Part shown: one piece after another, positions 52,341 through 64,000 of the stretch | Layout: each line of letters begins with the position of its first letter | Position numbering within the stretch: the stretch's first letter is position 1 | Source of the DNA: Felis catus | Taxonomy: Eukaryota | Length of the DNA stretch: 64,000 nucleotides | NCBI RefSeq assembly: GCF_018350175.1 | Contig: NC_058368.1 | Coordinates: 151,096,001 to 151,160,000 of the forward strand | Reading direction: 5' to 3' | Notes under the pieces: generated by a model | The model's database searches: none | The model's input: the letters and a program-made list of their open reading frames with translations, nothing else | What the model was told of the DNA's origin: nothing | Translations under genes and position numbers: made by a program

Positions 52341-55300
52341 GGCTATATTTTTGGAATGGATAAAGAATCATAATAATTAATTACATAGACATACAAAATA
52401 TCTTTTAACATTTATTTTAGATGAAATTCGGTTGTGCAAATGTACTTGCACATGGGTATTTTATTTAGTGAAACAGTGTACAGAGTAGGTTCAATGCAGA
52501 CGGCACTGGCCCAAAATACTTTCATATATCTAAAACCACTTTTAATCAGACTTTCATAACCACAAACTGTAGGTGGAATGTCTCAATACAGTATGGTTTC
52601 TGTTGTACTCAAACCTCAGAATTTAGCACGTTACAACACTCGCCATCAAAGTACGTTTCAGCACAGAAATACCACTAAAGCTACTATTTGTGTTTACTTT
52701 GAGTTACTCCTCAACTTTTGTGTAAGCAAGTAGGCTAGTGGATAATGCATACTTATTTAATAATACCTGTCAAAAGAGTCAGTGCATATAGCTTCTTTTC
52801 ATTAAAACTGCAAACTGAAATGGTGCTGACTGTATTAAAGCATTTAAGAAAATATCTTCAAAATCTACTCTTAATTGCTCTAAATTTAATTCTGTATTAT
52901 GTTCATGCTCTTCATAGCATACTCAAAATGTATTTTATAATGCTTTTTCTCATTGTGCATAGTTAGATAAAACTGTTTTTTAAGCATTAAGCTTTCTAAA
53001 GAGACCTGGGATATTACTCTTCGTTTAAAATATGCCACTCAATGACAAAGATTGCAATTCAGAGCTTTTATACTTAAATATAATAATGTATTGTAATGAT
53101 TACATTTTCATAACTTGACAATAATTTGTGACGGGGACAAGTCCATTTCTATTTAAATAACATATTTGTAACCTTAGGTGAGATGGAAAACTGTTTTTAT
53201 AAGTGGTTAGGCAAAGAGATGCTCTTTTCCAGTGTTCTACATCAATCAAGGTGCACTGACAAGAGAATAAAGCCAGTAGTGTTTAGTGGACATTGTAACT
53301 TGGCATTTAGTTTTCAGAATTAAAGAGATTTAATATGTAATATATGCATGGAAAACAAAATTAGTCTGTAAGCAATGACCATTTTATGTTTTTTTCTTTA
53401 CTTCTGGAAACAGCCGCAAATATGATGATGTTGTAGTAAGAGGTTTCAGTAACCTCGAGTTTTAAATCCTAGCATATGGGCAAGCATCACACATCTTACA
53501 TTTACAATTACTTTAGAACTTACTAGGTATGAATCAGGAATTGAAATTAGAATTTGAAATTGAGAAAAGTCACATTCATTAAACATACAGATCCATACAA
53601 CTCAGTTATAAAGAAATTTGGTAAATCTATTCACAGAAACAAAAATAATTCAAGCAATTTTGAATGAACATTTTCTATATGCCAGATGTGAAGTAATATT
53701 TATTGACTATTCTCCATGTCAGACATTTGTGCTAGATGCTGGGGCTTCTATTACATATATATCTTCCTGAAGAGTTCACGTCTCTTCCTCACGGCTGGAG
53801 AAAAATAGTCATTTACTTCATTAATGCTTAAAAGCGATTTTCTTTATTTGAAAAAAAAAATGCACTACTTAGCTAATAGCATTATCTTTTCAGTCATGTG
53901 TAATGATTTCACATTTTTATCTAGAGTTGGGTGAATTCAGTTTGTGTTTTCTGACCAACCTTTTCTCTAGACCAAACAAGAAAAATAACAGTAGATGTTA
54001 ACCCAATCAGGTGAATATGAAATGAAGCCTACCATATTGGCTATTTCTTATCTTGTTCTTAGTGAAAGATGATTGTGGCATCATGCCCCTCCCCATTTCC
54101 ATCTGGTTGCTGGCAGGCTCCCATCAAGCTGCAAGGTTTCAATTAGTGTAAATGCCAATTTCTTCTACGTAGCTTTCATTGTTACATTCAGATAGAACTC
54201 ATTTTTCCCTCATGGTGGTCCTCTAGAACTTTTTACAAACCTTTACCATGAGACTTATTCTAATATTATAGAGTTTGTTGTTTAGGAGTCTGCCTCTCCT
54301 ATTGGCTTTGAGTTCTCCAAAGATCCTGTCTTGGGCTTCATACAAACTAGGCAGTGGACACTCAAAGAACATTTGCTGAGCTGGTGGATTATGGAATGGA
54401 AATAGTCTATTTTAAAGTCTGAATGTTTGGTGTGTGGCCAAATTTGATGAAAAAGATGAGGTTCTAAAGAAATTGTGGCATGAAGTCAAAGACCCTCTCC
54501 CTTTTTTGTAGAAATAAGATAACTTTGTTTTATAGCTTTTGAGCTAAAATAGCTTTTGCAAAGATTAAGCTCATTTAGATTTTTAAAAAAGTATTTCAAC
54601 AGGATCTGCTACAGGGGTTTTATTGTTTTGTTTGCTACCTTTCAAATTAACCACTTGAAGGTTTGAACACTTAAGGTTTTAGAGGAAGAAACCAACTTTC
54701 AATTACGTTGGTTTCTTATAAAGCTTGTTTTTATAAGATTTCAATAAAAATTTGCTCCCGAGAGAAAAATAATAAAGTCTAAACATGTCAATATAATTTT
54801 CTGCTAAAAGTAGATACCTTTTTTTACTTGACTTTTTGACAATTTAATCTCTCAAAAATAATAGATTTTGGATATATGTATTTGTTTTACTAAAAAGTTC
54901 ACCTATTAGTGACAGAAATCTTGAGACAAAGACTTACACCACTTTGGAATCTTAGAGAAGCCAGAGAGTGTCTAGAGAGAAATACACGTGTACATATGCT
55001 CTAGATTTCAAGAAAAAATATATATCAAAAAGTTCAGAGAAAAATGGTCTTTATTCCTTTCCTAGATGATTCATCATGAAGGATGGAAAAGTGTGAAGAT
55101 AAAAATTTAATTTTATAGTCACAAGATACAGAGATAAAGGGAGAGGATCTGCAAAATGCATTCTTTGAGCAAAAATTCACTGAACTTTCCAATGAGTTAA
55201 GATTTTCAAAAAACATGTATTTGGCAAAGAAAGTATTCAACGAAGTCCTCATCACGGTATTATAGAATTGATACTAGCTGGTAGTAATTTTTATCATTGG

Positions 55301-56417
55301 ATTAGATGAAGATGTCGAAGGCATGCTTGTAAGATCTGCATATAAAAATAAATCTGGTAGAGTGTCTATCCATAGCCGCCTCTACAGACTAGAAAGCTGG
55401 TCACAAACAATACGATGAAAAAGTTAATTTTAAAGTCTTTGTTCATATTTTTTAAAAAAACAATTCTGGAAGCTCAGGTTGGAGGAAAATTAATGCGGTG
55501 GCTGATATGGGGGAAAGGATTTAAAGTTGTAGTGTTCCAGAGTGGGAATTAATTATTCTAATGATCTTTTTGTTAGTACTAATTAATCTTTGGCACTGTA
55601 TGGAGTTCTGAGAATTACATTTTACCATGACACTGACAAAATCAGTGTCTATAGGATGGCAAATAGGTTGATGTAGGATGTAAGAATAATTTTGCATTAG
55701 AAATCATTAAGGGAATCTGGAATGTTCAATCCAGAGAAATAGAGTTAAAAGTGATTTGCTAAACACTTTCCAAGATCTGAAGATTTCTGGCCATGTAAAG
55801 AGGCAGATGAGTTATTCTGTTTTACTCTACATATTAGAAAGCATTGCTGAAAATCTTTTAAAGAGGCTCAAAATAGAACATCTAGGGAGGAGAACTATCA
55901 AAGAGTGGATCTAGTCTGACAAAGTAGGAAGCAGTTCATTCCTGAGAATGTTTAAGTAGAGCTGCATACCAAGGAAGGTACAGAAGGTATTCCTGAATTA
56001 AGCAGAAGCTGGACTAGAGACCTTTAAAATATTTATTTCAGATTTTAGATGTTCAGATTCTATGCCTAGATAGCACACGCTTCTAGGTCAAGGGGAAAAT
56101 TTGACTGAATGGTAATATGGTTGAAAACAAGAATCTATTTCTGTAATTTCATTCTATAAAATGCCTGTGTTTTGGTTACCCAATTTCATCAATATATTAT
56201 CATAATCACCTCTAATTTCCATATTCCAAGAAGTAAAACAGGGTCACTTTCTTTTTATAGTTAGATGAGAAACAAAGACTGTAAAGAATGTGAGTTACAA
56301 TATTAAATTATGGACAGTGCTGAAAATGCACAGAAAAATAATTGTCCAGATTGATAAAATAGAAAATTCACACTATTAAGATATTTTTAAAGAAGTAGTA
56401 TATATGCATCATTACTG

Positions 56418-56640
56418 GGGCAGTGTGGTATAGAAGCAAAAATATAGGAATTGAAAATCAAGTCGGAGCTCTGCCATTTATGAGCTGTGTGCTCTTGGGT
56501 AAATTGTTTAACTTATCTGAGTCCTGGTTTCTTCAACCACAAAGTGGAGGTTATAATGGACATCTTGCAGAGTCATGAGAGTTCACCGAGGGCCATAATA
56601 AAAGTGTAAGTGGCTTGTTGACTGTGAAACACTTTACAAG
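56418..56640 (+). mobile_element. MIR SINE
   Basis: ggcagtgtggtatag...ctctgccatttatgagctgtgtgctcttgggtaaattgtttaacttatctgagtcctggtttcttc. Confidence 0.7.
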
Positions 56641-59600
56641 GCAGGTAGTATTTTTTCTCTGATGCATCAGGCTCAGTTAGTTCTTGTTACATATGGTAAA
56701 AGACTGCTGTCCTAGAACCTGCCAACTTGGGTTAACATTATTATGTCTAGGCTAGAGTTTCTCTCTCAACTAGACCTTGAACTTTCCGTGGAAGCTCAGA
56801 ACTTCTCTTTTCCAATCTTATGTCCTGAAGTCCCAGAACAAAACTTGGCTAAATATTTGTTGAACGAATGAAAGGATAGATGCATGGAGCAATTACACCT
56901 TTTTTGCCACCCAAAATGAATGGCTAAAAATGAATTTCAGTGCATGCTCAAACTATGTTAATAGGACATAGGAAATTTGCCACCGAGAGGAAAATTTCAC
57001 ATAGTTCTTTTTCTTTTTTGCCATGTTAACTTATGGGGAAAATATGCTTTTGGTAAAACTGAAATTCAGGACAGAAATTGGAGTGGGCCAAATTTTGTGT
57101 ATGGGTTTGTTGGTGAAATTATCATATTTCTTATGATTGTTTTTTTGGTAAGTGTTGACTTCATTTGGTGGCTTTTTTTCTAAGAAGTTAAAGACTTTAT
57201 AATACGTTATCTCACCACATTTGACAGTATCTCTTTCAAGTTACCATACGGCACAGCTTACCATCCCCATTTCTCATATGATACTTTTGTAAATGAAGAC
57301 ATAAAGTGTCACAAAACTAGTCCTTGGATGAGCTAGAAATACAACCCTTTTCACACAAAATTCATCCTTCTTTCCTCTAGTTGTTTTTCCCTCTTCTAGC
57401 TGGCCATGCATTTCAGGGGCTGACGGGCGGCACAGTATGAATCCCATCAACTGTTCACTGAGCAGTGTACAGGCACATTAAGAATTGTCAGCAATTCTGA
57501 TGAGTACAAGCAGAATAGTGCATGAACTATTAATTCATGTAAGGATAGCTTTCTAGGTTAAAGTAAAAAAAATAATAATACAGAAATTGAGAAGAAGTTG
57601 GCTTCTATGTTCTCACAATAAACCAAAGCTCCTTTTGTGTGGGTGCTTCAGCCACTTCTGCCCTCAGGACCTCCAGCCATTCCCACTAAAGCCAGTGAGA
57701 ACCACATGCATGCACCAGTGGGCACACACTAGTTCTATATTTATGGATGTTTATTTAAATTTCACAAAATGAGAAATATTTTGGTTGGTAGCAAATACAG
57801 CTCTGTTTACAGCCAGAATAAAAAAGGTAGGACTCTGATTTACACACAGGCAATGTAAATATCAAGTTCTAAAAACAGAGGACAAGACCTGTATCATTTC
57901 CTACAGGGTAGGGATATTAGTGTGATTACTGTGTAATGGAAGGGGCATTTAATAATGAGTCTCCGAGCCACATGTGTGCCTGCTCCGTTCACCCTCCCAA
58001 TCTGGGCTCTGTTCACGTGAAGTTACCTCAGGAGAACTTTCCTGCCATATAAACTGTGAAAGTCCTCGTATCTTACAGGAGTTCTGAAAAATTGAAAGAA
58101 AAGACCTTTGGAAACAGCAGCTACTCACATCTCTGAGAATAACTGAGTCCTGAAGCGACAATAACTTTATCTATGGGTCCCTGATACTTCTTTCCACCAC
58201 CCAGAACACTGTCAGCTGAATCTTAATTGAACTGCTCAATGAGTGGAAAACTTTTTGTTCAGTTCTTTAATTCATAAAGTGACATTAGTTTCTTTGTTTT
58301 ACAACGTATTTGGGACTAATATACCCAACTAATTCTACTTTCAAAGTTTTGAGGCTTTTATCTTTTTGTTGTTGTTGTTGTCCAACAAGAGTCACGAGAA
58401 ATATAACCCGCATCCTATGAAAATATTTTAGATTTAGATCCATTCCGCCTTACTCCCAACATAGTTTCTCAGTCTCCTCCTGGTTAAGGAAATGGAGCGA
58501 CTAATGAAGGACAAGATGGACAGTTCATAGATACAATGCGCTCTCTAATCCAGAGCCACGAAGTCTTCCTATGTGTTTAATGGGTTAGGGATGGAGTCAA
58601 GAGTCTGCAACGACAATCTCTAATTGAAAAAAAGGGAAATGCCCTCTTAAATGCTCTTTTTCTTCCCCTGGCTTGTTCTGACAGTAAGTAATGGTACAAC
58701 TGTTCTACACTATTCCTCTTCAATTTTATTTTGTTTAATTCAGTCTGTCATTAGAAAGGCTTGCGAGCTTTAGGCTTGATGATTACTCTCGGTGGGAGGA
58801 AGTAATGCCACTGCAGACTCGTGTTAGACAAGCGCTCCTTTATACAATGACGGGGCCTGCCATCGTAAATGAAAGGCTCTTTAAAGAGCAGTGAGGGACT
58901 CTTTTAAGCAGACTGCTACCATGTGCTTGTAACCCTCCAGCACAACTTGCGAGGATGAGACAGCAATGTGTTCTGCTGCAAAGAGGACTATTGTCCTCGT
59001 TGGCCTCAAGCGCATTGAGCCGCGTTTCACTGCAGTGTAGCAGGATTTCCAAAGGGTTTGCAAGGAGTAGTTCCTAAAATTCTGAACAGAATAAAAGAAT
59101 GAAAACAGGGGTTTGAGAGTGTGGAATTTAGAACTCTACCATCTCCTCACCCTAAGCCAACCCCCAAGCCCCAAAATAAAATTTAAAATTTTGTGCACTG
59201 CACTCTGTTTTGAGGAAAAATAATAAACAGTGGGTTAGATCACAGTTAAATAGTTGAATGTATATGAATAAACTTGAATGTTTATTCACAGACTCACAGG
59301 GTCTGGGTTTTAAAACTTGTGATAGCTAATTTCTGATACATCTGTCTCCAGGAGGAAAAGGAAGAAAGATGATCTACAATTATTAAAATTACCAGGATTT
59401 AAAAGATTTTGTTGTAGTCCATTTTTAAGCCTAAAAATGTTCTGGATTTTAAAGAGATGACTATAACACGGTATGTTTTTAATTTTTTATATGTGCTATT
59501 CAGGTCTCCTTGGTTCATTAAAAGGCTGATTTATGTTCTAAATTCAATCTGTAAATGCAGCCATAAAATAAATACCTCTATCTATTTCTCTATACCCCAT

Positions 59601-59746
59601 ATACGTACAAAATATTTGAATATGAGACAAATTAAATAAACCAGATTAATATTTTGGGGGCAAAAACATGTTTACTAGTTTAACAAAGCCAAAATGTACC
59701 TAAGGTAAAGGTCAAAGACTACTTCATTCCCTGCTGAGCAAATGCT

Positions 59747-59789
59747 CAGGAAGCACATTTGTCTACGTTTCCTGTCATAACAGGAAGAG
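59747..59789 (+). promoter_or_regulatory. Probable orthologue of the Mef2c F10 endothelial enhancer core (FOX:ETS composite motif)
   Basis: CAGGAAGCACATTTGTCTACGTTTCCTGTCATAACAGGAAGAG holds three ETS cores, the last fused to a non-canonical forkhead half (TAACAGGAA). It closely resembles my recollection of the mouse F10-44 element and lies in a MEF2C intron. Confidence 0.8.
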
Positions 59790-61339
59790 TGTAACTTCTT
59801 CCTTTCCACGATGGCTTCAGTTTTACCTCCTAACTCCAATATTTTCTCCCTCAGGGCCTTCCAAATCAATCCTCACAAGACAGAAGGCAGGAGGCTGTCT
59901 CCGTTGTAGTTTCCAAACAGTTGCGTTTGTTGAAATGTTATTTAAATGTTAGTGATTTCTTAAGCTAAACTGTTCCAACTTAAAATTAAAAGTCAAATTT
60001 CCAAACATTTAGAGTGGATCTCTTATTCCTATTAGTGGTTCAACATATTTCAAAAGAAATGCAAATATATATTCCATATTATGCAATTTCATTTACTTCA
60101 AGTTAATTACGTTATTTTTCTTTTTAGACCAAAGTTATTATTCTGGGGGTGGGGAGGGAGAGTTGCCATATTGTCTTCAATAAGAGTATGTGGGGGATGT
60201 AAACTTTAAAAATACTTGCATCAAATTTTTGAAAGAGCTTATTTTAAACGAATAAATTATAATATTAGAGGAAGTCTAGACTGCGAAGGACAGAGCTTTT
60301 GAGAAAATTAGCAACACGTTCTTTAATCTACAGTTTGGAAGAAACCTCTGGGCTTATGTGGTCTATTTATAATGTTAATATTTTTAGGGTTGGTTTCTTA
60401 GTAATACAATGTCACACACTTTGGTTTGTGCATTTGCAAAACAAAAGGTGACTTATTGCAAACAGAATGGGGTGTGCATGCATTCACAGAGGTGGAAGGT
60501 GCCATTCAATGCCAACTCTCTACACAAACTGATGAAGATACAATGAACACAAACGTGGGAATTTCTCTAAATTATAGTTTTAAATGAAAATTGAATGAGA
60601 TATACAAACTAGAACTGAAACAACAAGACGTCTTGAAGCCCACCAGTTTGTGCAGATTGTTACTGTATTCCTTGTGAAAATTTTGGCACCTCTTGGATTC
60701 CCCATCAAAGGAAACCTAATGAATGAATTTGATGGCAGTTGAGACAATACTTCTCTGGTAGTCAAGGAATAGAGTTAGTGGATATAAATATAAAATAGCT
60801 CACATGTATGGGATGTATAGTAAATGTGTGGCGCACTATTTCTGTTTCACCCATATACTGGGGAGACCGTTTGTGAACTGTTTTTAAATTGCTAGGAACA
60901 GAACAGAAATGAGTGGCCTGATGTCATAGCTGCTCAATGTACATCGGAACACTCTAGCTACCTCTTTGATTTGGAAACTCACAAAATATATTTTTTTTCC
61001 TTCTGGTTTCCTTTTTCAGTATCTTCAATCACCAGTAATTCCAGCTCTCTGAACAAAAACTTTTCCCCCTGGTGATTTTAAGATTAATGAAAGAATGATT
61101 TAACTTAAATGAGGGGGAACCTTTAAGTAGGAGCCCACAGGATGCATCAATATACCTATAATTCAATTCTGAAATGTTTTATGCCCTAATTCATTACTAT
61201 GATACACTCTATTTATTGATACCAAGTTTAGGGAGGCAGTTTAGCTGTTAAGAAATGATACTGAGAGTAAAAAAGGCTTAATAATCACCAATATCAGTTA
61301 TCTGTGAATTTATTTTAGATTTAAATCAACATTCTTGTG

Positions 61340-61572
61340 ATTTTTTAAAACTTTAAAAAAATGCTTTTATTTATTTTTGAGAGAGAGAGAGAGAGAGACT
61401 GTGCGTGTGCTCATGCAAGGAGGGGGAGCGGCAGAGAGAGGGGGACAGATGATCTGAAGCAGGCTCTGCACTGATAACAGCAAGCCCCATGTGGGGCTCG
61501 AACTCACCAACTTGGAGATCATGACCTGAACCAAAGTTAGATGCTCAACCGACTGAGCCACCCAGGCATCCC
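61340..61572 (-). mobile_element. CAN-SINE (SINEC)
   Basis: Reverse SINEC ending accgactgagccacccaggcatccc. Confidence 0.92.
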
Positions 61573-62091
61573 TATTTAAACTTTTGATTCACTTGATTTA
61601 AAACAAGCTTCCAGATATTCATGGACTAACATGTATAACTCTTCGATAGCAATTTAAGTATAATTTCCTCTCAGATACTATATACTTGCTTGGTATGCAT
61701 ACAGGCAATGGACAAATCTGTAAGTTCTGTTCGTGCAGATGACAAAAGAAAAAGTATGACTGGAATAATCTGTTCAACTCATGGTTTAGAATTAATTACA
61801 AAGTTATCTTCCTGAAGCCATTTATTTGTCTTTCTAAATTATCAAGTTCCTCACATTTAAAGAGTAGGTTAGTAGGTTTTTACCCTCAGGTTTAGAACTG
61901 TAATTAGCCTTTTATTTACTGGCATTCTGGATATCACCTTGAAGGAACATTACAGTACAATTTTCACTGAAATTTTAGCTAAAATTCTAAGAACAGCCTA
62001 AAATAGTGGAAAGTAGCAGAATGTAAGGAATAATGCTTGTTTCTTTTGAGAGTCATTTGGTGAAATCAATAAATCTCTTTTATTCACTTTA

Positions 62092-62305
62092 TTATTTTTT
62101 TTAAATTTTTTAAATCTTTATTTATTTTTGAGAGATAGAGAGTGAGCAGGGGAGGAGCAGAGAGAGAGGGAGACGCAGAATCTGAAGCAGGCTCCAGGCT
62201 CTGAGCTGTCAGCACCGAGCCCGATGTGGCTCGAACTCCTGAACCGTGAGATCATGACCTGAGCTGAAGCCGGACACTCAACCGACTGAGCCACCCAGGC
62301 GCCCC
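62092..62305 (-). mobile_element. CAN-SINE (SINEC) with 16-bp TSD
   Basis: TSD TCTTTTATTCACTTTA at 62076-62091 and 62306-62321. Confidence 0.93.
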
Positions 62306-62457
62306 TCTTTTATTCACTTTAAAAAAGATTAGATTTCGTTTAAAAACATCCTTATGTAGAAACTGTTCACAGGTTGCATCTACACTGAACATATTTCTCC
62401 GAGTTCTTTTTTTCTGAGCTTATTTAAAATAATGTATAAGTTATATAAAGAAACTGA

Positions 62458-62673
62458 CTGGGTGGCTCAGATGGTTAAGCATCGGACTCTTGATTTCAGC
62501 TCAGCTCATGATCTCACAGTTTGTGGGAGAGAGACCCTTGTCCGGCTGTGTGCTGACAGCCTGGTGCCTGCTTGGGATTCTCTCTAGCTCTCTCTCTGAC
62601 CCTCCCCTGCTCACACTCTCTCTTTCTCTCTCTCTCAAAATAGGCAAATAAACATTAAAAACATATAAAAAAA
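62458..62673 (+). mobile_element. CAN-SINE (SINEC), slightly 5'-truncated
   Basis: Starts ctgggtggctcagatggttaag; TSD AAAGAAACTGAC at 62447-62458 and 62672-62683. Confidence 0.9.
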
Positions 62674-63799
62674 AGAAACTGACATAGGGACCTAAGAAAA
62701 GAGAAAAAGTTAGAAAATTTAACAACTATGATCTCTGAATTCCTTTTAGTCATAAGGGGATTCTCTTGTTCTATTAAGAGGAGAATGTTGCTAATTGTCT
62801 TTAATTTGTGCTCCAGTTATTGCACTGATAATTACATGAAATTTTGTTTGCTGGCAAAAACTATTAGTGTGCCAGACCTGATGGAAGAGAACTTAAGACT
62901 TTTAAAAATCTTCTTCCCTTAGCTTACTACATTAGGTCCTGACTGTGTTATTTGGCAAATATTTTTCCCTTACAGTTATTCAAATATTTAAATGTCTTTT
63001 TATAACAAGTCACACAAATACATTTGGATTTACCTCTCCTATCATTTCAAAGTGGGGAAACTGAAAATTTAAAATACAAACATACAAGTATAAACAGGTT
63101 TAGGTTAAACAAGCTTATTTTTTGTATATCTTTCTTCTTGATACAACAGATATAACAGATTTCTAAGTATATTCTGCTTTTGTAAAAAGAGTGAGACAAG
63201 GGTAAAACTCACTTTAAAAATCTGTTGTTTTTTTTTTTCAGGAGCATATTTACTGGTACCATATGAAGTAGGGTAAGATTATTGCCTGATTACTGAAGGT
63301 ACTTAGGGGGTAAAAATACGAAATGCAGAAGGAGACACTGAAATTGTAGTGTTAGAATAAAGTGGATGCTGGAAGTGATAAAAATGGTGACAAGTAGTTC
63401 AAAATAACTTGGTCAGTAACATATATTTGAAAATAAGTGCTGCAAGCATAGAACTTAGAAAACTACTCCTTCTCATCCTTGTCACAAGCCCTGCCCTGCA
63501 AATGTCTGTGATTTTCCTTCCAGCCCACAAGCCATCCTCTGCTATCAGCCACTCCTGCTCTGAAAGGATTCTCTCACCCCTTGTGAGATTCCAAAGGCTC
63601 CTTTTGTGCTCCTGCTCTGCTCTATTCCACTTTTCCTTCCAGCTCCCTTATAGCCTTTAAAAGGTAGAACCTTCTTGAAATGAGGTTCAGGTACCACTCT
63701 TTAGTGTTCTACACAGCTCAGGAGTTGTTTTAATGGCGGTCACATTAACTTACAAAAGCTAATGGTTTAAAAAGCATGAGTCTTAATAGGAACAGCTAA

Positions 63800-64000
63800 T
63801 ACGTGCATTCATTGGGCGCTTATTATATGTTAGATGCTTTAAATTTATGCCCTAATTTAATTATCTCAATGACTTGAGGTGGGTACTATTTTTTAAGCCT
63901 CCGTCTATTGATGAGGAAACTGATAAGGCTCAGAGGGGCTAGTATGTGGCAGAATTGGGATCACAGCTAGGTTCGTGTGTCTAAAACCCATGCTTTTCAC
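63800..64000 (-). mobile_element. MIR SINE
   Basis: gaggtgggtactattttttaagcctccgtctattgatgaggaaactgataaggctcagagggg. Confidence 0.7.

Noticed and set aside
54544..54552. MEF2-like CTAAAATAG (also ~4990, ~61998) and CTATTTTTTAG (~9701)
   Set aside because: Wrong A/T core length for the 10-bp MEF2 consensus; expected by chance in AT-rich DNA.

Overview
AT-rich mammalian genomic DNA, almost certainly a cat or other felid: about 19 carnivore tRNA-derived CAN-SINEs are present, including a young SINEC_Fc-type copy. The whole window lies inside the MEF2C gene on the minus strand. Five coding exons have clean AG/GT boundaries: the MADS/MEF2-domain exon (49079-48876, 204 nt), the mutually exclusive exons alpha1 (14650-14507, 144 nt) and alpha2 (14447-14310, 138 nt; missed by the ORF track) separated by only 59 nt, a 187-nt exon (5297-5111) and a 48-nt exon (3044-2997; also missed). 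The first coding exon and the 3' exons fall outside the window. The rest is intron carrying SINEC, L1, L2, MIR, hAT (MER3/MER5/MER20/MER45A) and LTR relics plus microsatellites. The main finding is a nested three-helix long-range RNA pairing downstream of alpha2 that would bring a distal UGCAUG (RBFOX)/YGCY (MBNL)/CUAAU cluster next to the alpha2 donor. A possible competing selector sits inside the 59-nt alpha1-alpha2 intron. Other leads are a match to the FOX:ETS endothelial enhancer core (~59750), two perfect MEF2 sites 22 bp apart (candidate autoregulatory enhancer, ~36030), a CTCF-like site, a perfect ARE/MARE and a near-perfect 101-bp tandem duplication. All repeat names and family matches are by eye and from memory, without database searches.
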